A DNA stretch of 64,000 nt from Antedon mediterranea (lineage: Eukaryota; Animalia; Echinodermata). The DNA is taken from the NCBI RefSeq assembly GCF_964355755.1, contig NC_092673.1, positions 26,161,648 through 26,225,647 on the forward strand, in the 5' to 3' direction. Both the position numbers and the translations under genes were made by a program. The notes beneath the pieces are model-generated. The model made no database searches and had not been told where the DNA came from. It saw nothing but the letters and a program-made list of their open reading frames with translations. Below, in pieces: positions 56,201 through 64,000 of this stretch (its first letter is position 1; each line of letters starts with the position of its first letter).

Positions 56201-59200
56201 AACATTAAATGGGACTTACCGGTACTGCATACATGGCACTGGGGTCCGTAGGTGTTTCTTTACCCCAATTACATTTGATTTGTGTTCCCAAAATATTCGT
56301 TCCATGTAGATTGGTAATAGCAGCTGCTGCATTTTCATGCGTATCCATTCTGGAGAGAAAAAAATAAATAAATAAAGCAAAAAAAATTAACAGAAATTTG
56401 TTTTCAATATTAAATTGTTATATGCAATATATAATATTTCTTAGTGCACTTGCAAATAATATTAAAGTAAGCTACGTTATAGAATTGAACCCACTGTGAA
56501 ACTTCTTCTCCTACAGAATATTTTTTTTATTTTAAGCATTATCATTTCTTTGTACTTAATTAAAAATGTTGACAAACATGTGTAGCTAGTATTTACATAT
56601 TGCAGAGAACTAAACAATTTTTTTGTTTTTAGGGTTACCTGTTGGGCTGGAGTTGGTAATATAAAGTAGTTAACTCCGGACACCATTGAATAAAGCAAAT
56701 TTGAGCCCCTTTGAAATTTCTGGTTTTTAGATAATCTTGTATTAGGAGATTTGACTGTGATTAAATACGTGAAAATTAAAGAATCTTTTTAAAAAATGTA
56801 GCTGCATACTTACTTTACAAATCCATATCCTTTGTCTGGAAATACCCTAACCTCTTGAATTGTACCATAGGTTTCAAAATATGACCGTAATGTTGTATCT
56901 ATTTTTGGAAAAAAAAATCAATGTTTAGATTTAATTTATTTTATTAACTCTCACCGTATATAGTATTGTCATATTAGAACACATCGAAAAGAAATAAAAC
57001 ACAGAAAAAAATATAAATGTTATGAATAGTTGATATGAATAGCCTAAATAACCAAAATCATAGTCCAAACAATGATTAGATCAATTTAACAGTTTATTGT
57101 CTTTGTTAAGTTGTTCATTGTCAGAAAAATTAACTATTTAAATTTTATTTATTATATTTTAATGTTATTGGGGGACAATACATTTTTAACAGTAGCAGTA
57201 CACCATAGTGGAAATAAATAATGACTATTCATATAGTTTGTAAAAAATCATCATCTCTGCTCTAACTAAATATATATTAGTTATTTGCTACATCATTGTT
57301 TTTGTTCATTGTTCGCAAAATTTCATGTTAACTGGGGACAATACATTTTTAACAGTAGCAGCAGTACACTATGGTGGAAATAAATAATGACTATTTATAC
57401 AGTTTTTACAAAATCATTATCTCTGTATCTCAATATATTATCACAACCAAAATCAGAACTATTTCATTCTCATACTACAAAACAAGAAATTAAACCGTTG
57501 TTTCAACACCATGCCTGTCCACTCTTTCGTAAAATCCAACAACATTGCTACGGTTTACGGTTAGCTAATCACTAATGTTTTTCCAACGATAACTAAATTA
57601 TATTCTTTGCCGTCGCATCAAACATTTCATCAAAAACTGAAAACCGTTGCACCTAATGATAATGTATCGGTTTCAGCATTATAACTTGTTCATACTTTTA
57701 TCAACAACAATGTCACGACGTCTGATTTACTATCGTCACCATCCGAAAACATTGCCACATTAAACAAATTATTTTCGTCATCATCGCCAGCAGATCTTAA
57801 ATAACATCGACACGTTACAAATTTGTCTCCGTCATTGTCACCAGCGTAACATTGACTGCATAAGTAAAATCACATTAAAATTTAAGTCTAAGATACTGCC
57901 AACTTGGGCCTGTCATATTGTACAACCATGATTTATAGGCTAGTAGTAGTAGATTCTCTATTACCTGTTATTTCTTTGATTAAACTACCGACATAGACTG
58001 TGCAATTGGTGGCCGTCGCTTGCATCAGTACCTCATCATAATTCTTCTTAAGCACTGTGAGTTTTAAAAAATAAACAACAAATTGTTATTAATTGCTGCG
58101 ACCATAGTAATTAATATTTTACTTGTAGATTAGTAGATTTATTTTATCACATTATGTACATCATGAATTGCTATAATATGACACAATATTTACATTACAA
58201 ATTTGATATAGCGCTCTTAGAATGACACCATTAAAAAATATGACACAATATAGTATGTCATTCAATACATAGTAAAACAGTCTCCAGATATAGTCAAACG
58301 GTTTCCAAAAACAGCAATGGTTTCCATATATATAGCAATATTGAGCCAATATACTGTATAGAAATGTGGTGCCCATATAGCAATATGCCCATATAAGGTT
58401 ATGGTATCACTATGGCAAACAAAGTAAAATGGTGCTTGTATATGGTGATTGAATATCATTGTCTTGTATCTGTAGAAAACAATCCCAATTCAATGACATA
58501 CAAATGTTAATTACAATCTGTATATACACTTTGTTGGGTTCCAAAATGTGTCCCCTTATAGAGCTTCTTAACTGACCTTCTGGTTTTGTTTGTGGTTGCA
58601 TCTTTCGTGCGGCCCAGTTAGTCCTGATACACTTAGTTCCCAGTAGTTTGTTGTTCATCATTGTCATAGCGGTCTCCGCTTCCTATGAAATCAAATACAC
58701 AATGATAATGACAGAAGATATAACAACGAAAATTACCAAAAAAATTTAAGGTGGCTTTGTAATTATGTTGGAATACTAATAAAACAACAATCGCAATTGT
58801 GTCATACAAGCCAATTAATCATTGGATCAACAATATAATTCTGAATGATGATTTATCTTTAAGAGTTAATTAATGTATTCGTTATTAATCATGTCATGCA
58901 TAGGATAGGTAAGCCATCATTTAAAACTGATCACTGATATAATTGGGATATGGAATATATGCAAGGTAGCCATACATTTACCACCTTTTAAAAAGACAAA
59001 GCATTATAAGAATTTCTCCCAATATGGCAAAAACAAAAACCATATTTTATAACATTTGGAACTTTTTCTTGAAACCAAACAATACTGTAGTTTGTTGTTT
59101 GTCCTTCTTTGAGACATTCCTATTAAGAGAAAAACAGAGATACAACACACAGGGACACTTTGATTGGTCCCGAAGGTGTCCCCATAATAGAGGTTCTACT

Positions 59201-59716
59201 GCATAATATGCTGTACTAAATCGGATGCAAGCCTAACAAAATGTCTCTCAATATTTACCCAATAAGATATTAAATTATTTCAAAAACGTGCACTCAATTC
59301 CGAAAGCACCCAAAAGCTATTGTTTTATTACTAATAAAAAACGCAGTCACAGTGTGTTTTAGATTAAATCAACTATTGTAAAATATGCAATTATAATTTG
59401 AAAACTGATCACCAAACAGGGAATCAACTGTTCAATACTATTATTATTATTATTACACTGTCTAATAACATTTCTTATATTGCATGTTATATTAAACTTA
59501 ATAGCAAAGGATCAACTATTTTAGGGTTGCTATTGTTATTATTAAGTTTTCATCTACGGACAAAGCGTTATCATAAATGTATACAATCCACAATTTTTTG
59601 GATCAATACTGTATTCATGAATTTAAATTTCCACACTTACAAGTTTTGTTGCAAATCCTACGAATCCGTAACCTTTTGACCTATTTGACTCGGCGTCACG
59701 TACAACTCTCGCTTCT
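53253..59716 (-). CDS. TIAL1: TIA-1/TIAR family RNA-binding protein (nucleolysin), 3' seven coding exons: RRM2 second half, RRM3 and Q/Y/G-rich tail; 5' exons not found in the window
   Basis: Exons 59641-59716 (EARVVRDAESNRSKGYGFVGF), 58577-58682 (LGTKCIRTNWAARK), 57965-58054 (YDEVLMQATATNCTVYVG), 56814-56898 (YGTIQEVRVFPDKGYGFV), 56220-56349 (HENAAAAITNLHGTNILGTQIKCNWGKE), 53964-54070 (QQQQQYSNYY), 53253-53427 (to TAA). Phases are consistent. TIA1 versus TIAL1 orthology cannot be resolved in an invertebrate. Confidence 0.92.
57169..57440. repeat. ~164-bp tandem duplication in a TIAR intron
   Basis: tggggacaatacatttttaacagtagcag...ggaaataaataatgactatt occurs twice. Confidence 0.8.
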
Positions 59717-61944
59717 CTGGAAAGATAAATAAAAAAAATAAACGTTATTTAAAAAGTCTTTAAAGCAATCAAGAAAATTATGAAAAATAAGATACAATCA
59801 AAAGGTATAAAAGGGAATAAAAAAAACAATTGCTTATGAACGATTCAAAAGTGCTGATGATTTATAAAATTCATGAAAAAACATACTTCAGATAAAATTT
59901 GTATGTAAAAAAGAGTTTTGTTGTAAATAAAATAGTGATATTAATATATTTCGAATTGTATTTAAAAGACTAAGAAGTTATTGTATAGTATAACTCGCTA
60001 CACACAAGACCAAATCATTATAAAAATATGATTTTTGGCAAAGTTGATGTTATGATTCTACCCAGATGAACACAAAATTAGTTTTAGATAGACATAAGAT
60101 CGAGGGCCGACATTGGGTCAGGCTATACTATTGTACATCAGCACAAGTAATCTTTGTTCTAAGATAACTATGAACTTTGTCTAGAACAATCAACTATCGT
60201 ATAACCATAAATGACAAAGGTTTCAAAGTGACCAAGATTTTATGTGCCCTAAACAATATGTTATAATAACAATTAAATGCCATTGACACAATCTCATTTA
60301 AATCTAATGATGGAATTACACATTCTTCCCCCGAGTATACCATATTCAATTTACTCTTTATCCATCTCAAATTATTGCCTCATCAATAAACATTTAAACG
60401 TAGAATAAAAATCAGCACGAAAAATTCTTCAAAACTGCTGAAAATTGGCAATAACTTGCAGGAATTATAAGAAAAAAAAAATCCCTTTCACATTGTCTGG
60501 CAAATTTCTTAAGTTTACATACACACAACAGAACTACAACATGGGCAGTGTGGTGTACATCCATGATGTTTGTAAACTACAGGATTTTGCTATCAGATGG
60601 TGAAAAGAAAAATGATTTTGATATTCAAAGTAAATCTAATTGTATATTTGATTATTTTAAATTTATTTAGATTTGTATTAATAAATATTGTTTATACCAT
60701 TAAAAAACTATTACTTTTGTATACTTTCATCATTAGTACTAATTGCTATAATTAACCACAATTTATTCCTTAAAAAAATGCGAGAATATTGTAACCATGA
60801 CATAAACTTGAACCGCAACGATAACTTTAGATAGATTACAAGTGATTACAACCTCTAAAATTAAGAGTGATCAATAGTTTTTTATTTTGCAGGGGTGTTA
60901 TTGATTATTAGTACATTAAAGTGAGGTATAATCCTTAATCAAGTGCGAGTATTTATCAGTAAAACGATGCAATTGAACCTTGTAAGAATAACACTCAATT
61001 TTTCAAGTTTTGGGTCATGGCAACATTGTACGGAAACACCATGCCCACGATTTGTTAACGTTACATTTCCGATTAGAATTTTTAAAGTGTAGTGTCAATC
61101 CAATAGCGAGTGTATTTAGCATAGCCTTGGTTTCTAAATCTAAAAAATTCACAGAATGTATACACACACCTTCCACTTCCTTTCAACGCACCTTTTCCCG
61201 TTGCTATCATCACATAAGGCTCGGTCTAATACATTTTACAAACAATTTAATTTGTACATTTTAATGAACTGTGCAGTCAGGCTATATACATATCTTACTG
61301 TATACATATTTAAATGATTTTTATTTTATCACAGGTTTGTTTTAATTTAATATTCATTCCACTAGTAATACTTATTCCAAGATCATGCTTTTTGGGATCA
61401 TACTAAAGGGTGTATACATTTTAAATGTGAAAACTAATCCTATTTTATAACTAGATTGTACCAAATTTTAAGTTCCATCCATGTACACATACACACACAT
61501 TTGAATGCCTCAGTGACTGTCTATACAATATAAACTGTACTTTCTTTTATTATTAACATGAGTTGTGTGCGTTATTCATTTCAATATATTAATTTGCATT
61601 TTGTATTATTACAAAACAATATTGAACAACAGTTTGGTTACAACTACCTACGTGGCATGTATCATTTATTGATAAACAGATGATAATTTAAACAGGTGTT
61701 TACAAAAAAAAACATGTGGTTTATAAATTAATTTGAATAACGTAGTACCATATATTGAAGAGTATGTTTGTTATAGGCTTCTTCACGCACAGAACATTCA
61801 TCAAGCAAACAATATGTAACTGATACACAAGTGTGTAGAGCGATAGCCAAAACAAGTGAAAATGGCCACCAGGTAAAATCATTACTACCGTATCATTATA
61901 AATTACATAAAAACCACATACATAATTTAGATTTAATGTAACCT

Positions 61945-62388
61945 GTACTTTTTTCTAGATTGAATAGGCACTTTTTAATTGTTTTTAGATTAAATAAATA
62001 CACACTTTTCACTTGTTCCTAGATTGAATAGACACTTTTCATTTGTTCCTAGATTGAATACACTTTTCACTTGTTCCTAGATTAAATAGACACTTTTCTC
62101 TTGTTCCTAGATTGAATAGACACTTTTCTCTTGTTCCTAGATTACATGGACACTTTTCACTTGTTCCTAGATTAAATAGAGACTTTTCACTTGTTCCTAG
62201 ATTGAATACACTTTTCACTTTTTCCTAGATTAAATACACTTTTCTCTTGTTCCTAGATTGAATAGTCACTTTTCTCTTGTTCCTAGATTACATAGACACT
62301 TTTCACTTGTTCCTAGATGAAATTGAGACTTTTCACTTGTTCCTAGATTGAACACATTTCACTTTTTCCTAGATTGAATAAAACACTT
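61945..62388. repeat. 28-30-bp minisatellite, ~15 copies
   Basis: Unit cacttttcacttgttcctagattgaataga. Confidence 0.93.
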
Positions 62389-62859
62389 GATGTACAGGTA
62401 GCTATGGCTACTATATACAGAGTTAGTCCAACATTAGGAAGCTTTTGGTTTGCAATGACCTAACAAGTTCTTGCGATTCATTTTGCACATACAGGACATT
62501 TTGGACCTTCATTGCTCTGTCAATATATAGATATCAATGATCTATTTGTTCCTAGCTCCCTATGTAAAATACTAATAATTTGTTGGCTGATAAAAAAAAA
62601 ACCACTACTATTCCACAAGAGGATTAATACATAAACTTATATTATGTAAAATATTAGAATATATAAATAATTTAGATAATGTAGGTCAGTTCCAATAAGG
62701 TACTCTAGATTAAAAATTAACATAAATCTGACCAATAGGAATGTTTCAAATAGAAAAGTTTGTAAAATATTTTTGTTTGTTTTAATTAATTTATTTTTTC
62801 ATACGTATCCAACAGCAAGTAACTTGTCAATTACAGGATGGATAAACTATTTTATATTT

Positions 62860-63013
62860 ATCGTGCTTAGTCAAGCTAAGTCTCTTAGTAACCAAGTCTC
62901 ATTTGAGGCTTAGGAAGTGGAATTGAAGGAGTTGTAGCCACCCTAGAACTGCATCAGGATTGAACCCTGGACCTTGGAATTGGCAGGCAAGCATGTTAAC
63001 CACCAAGCTACAG
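62860..63013 (-). mobile_element. tRNA-derived SINE
   Basis: Minus strand ctgtagcttggtggttaacatgcttgcctgccaattccaaggtccagggttcaatcc; no complete acceptor stem. Confidence 0.6.
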
Positions 63014-64000
63014 TTCTACTACCTTATTTCACCAACTTATGAATAATTGCATGGAATAATTATTGGATTAGATGGTACTTTATTTTGAATAAATATTATT
63101 AATGTCTAAATGTATTTACCTTGTTCAATTACAGTAGGTGAATTTAATTACAGAGTATTTGAGATAATAATTTACTAACATACAAATACTTTATATTTTA
63201 CTGTGTATTTTACATACCATAGGGCCTACACATTTGAAAATGGAAGTGCAATAAATCATCACGGTTTACAAGGTAAAATAAAGCATTTTACAAGGTAAAA
63301 TAAAGCAAAGAAAAATTTTATTTATAAAAATATAGTTTATTACCCCTGCTTAGAAGGTTATGTTTCTTATTTTATTTGCAATAATGACTTGCATTCAATA
63401 TAATAAAATTATTATTAATAATTATATAATTTAAAAAATTATTCGAAACTACACTTCAAACTAATTATAATATTATAAAACTATGTTAAAAATAATAAAT
63501 TTTAATAAAATAGAAAAAAAAATAGACTAAATTATATTAATTTTTTAAATGAAACATTAGCATGCATCATCAAAGACATCTCATGCGATGACAGGAAAAA
63601 TTTGAACAACCAAACATTAGAAATTTAATACTCTAAATATAAATGCTATATTTCAGATTTAAATTTAAATTATAGTTTTTGCAGACAAAATTTGTAATTT
63701 GTTGAAAATTAATGCAAATACTTGTTCATCGCTCAGTAAAACTATTTTTATGTTTATTATATTAATAAAATTTTATAATTTGTCAATATTGCAGATTTTA
63801 TTTCAAATAATGTTAACAAACGATAATGAAAAATGCAAGTATAATTGAATATAAAAAAGACCTCAAAATGTTAAATTGTAAAAAAAACATGATGAATGTA
63901 ATAAACACAAAAATCCAATTGAAAAGTTTGGATCGTAAAAAGGTAAAATTCAAAAAAATATTCAAGATTTATTTTTCTCTAGTTACACTAAACACAGCTA

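Noticed and set aside
59717-64000. Upstream TIAR exons (RRM1 and start of RRM2)
   Set aside because: No frame matching the expected HxFVGDL or LYVGNL motifs was found; they probably lie beyond 64000.

Overview
AT-rich, intron-rich animal genomic DNA. It is probably from an invertebrate deuterostome (echinoderm-like), inferred from a Deu-domain SINE and from composition. Nothing prokaryotic is present and most ORF-track entries are spurious. All reconstructed genes are on the minus strand: (1) a complete 18-exon HECTD2 E3 ubiquitin ligase (42070..24076, about 787 aa) with an N-terminal CxxC-CxxC module and a candidate internal first exon; (2) the last 7 coding exons of a TIA-1/TIAR RNA-binding protein gene (59716..53253; 5' part not found in the window); (3) the 5' end of an unidentified gene in which up to four alternative phase-1 first exons can splice to one polybasic exon (13749..13681); (4) a probable decayed multi-exon membrane-protein gene at about 43.9-48.9 kb. 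The rest is a dense repeat landscape: two Penelope-type repeats with minimal hammerhead ribozyme motifs, several MITE families, L1/Tx1 and L2-group LINE fragments, a Deu-SINE, a Helentron-associated element and many minisatellites. Exon coordinates were read by hand and may be off by a few bases.
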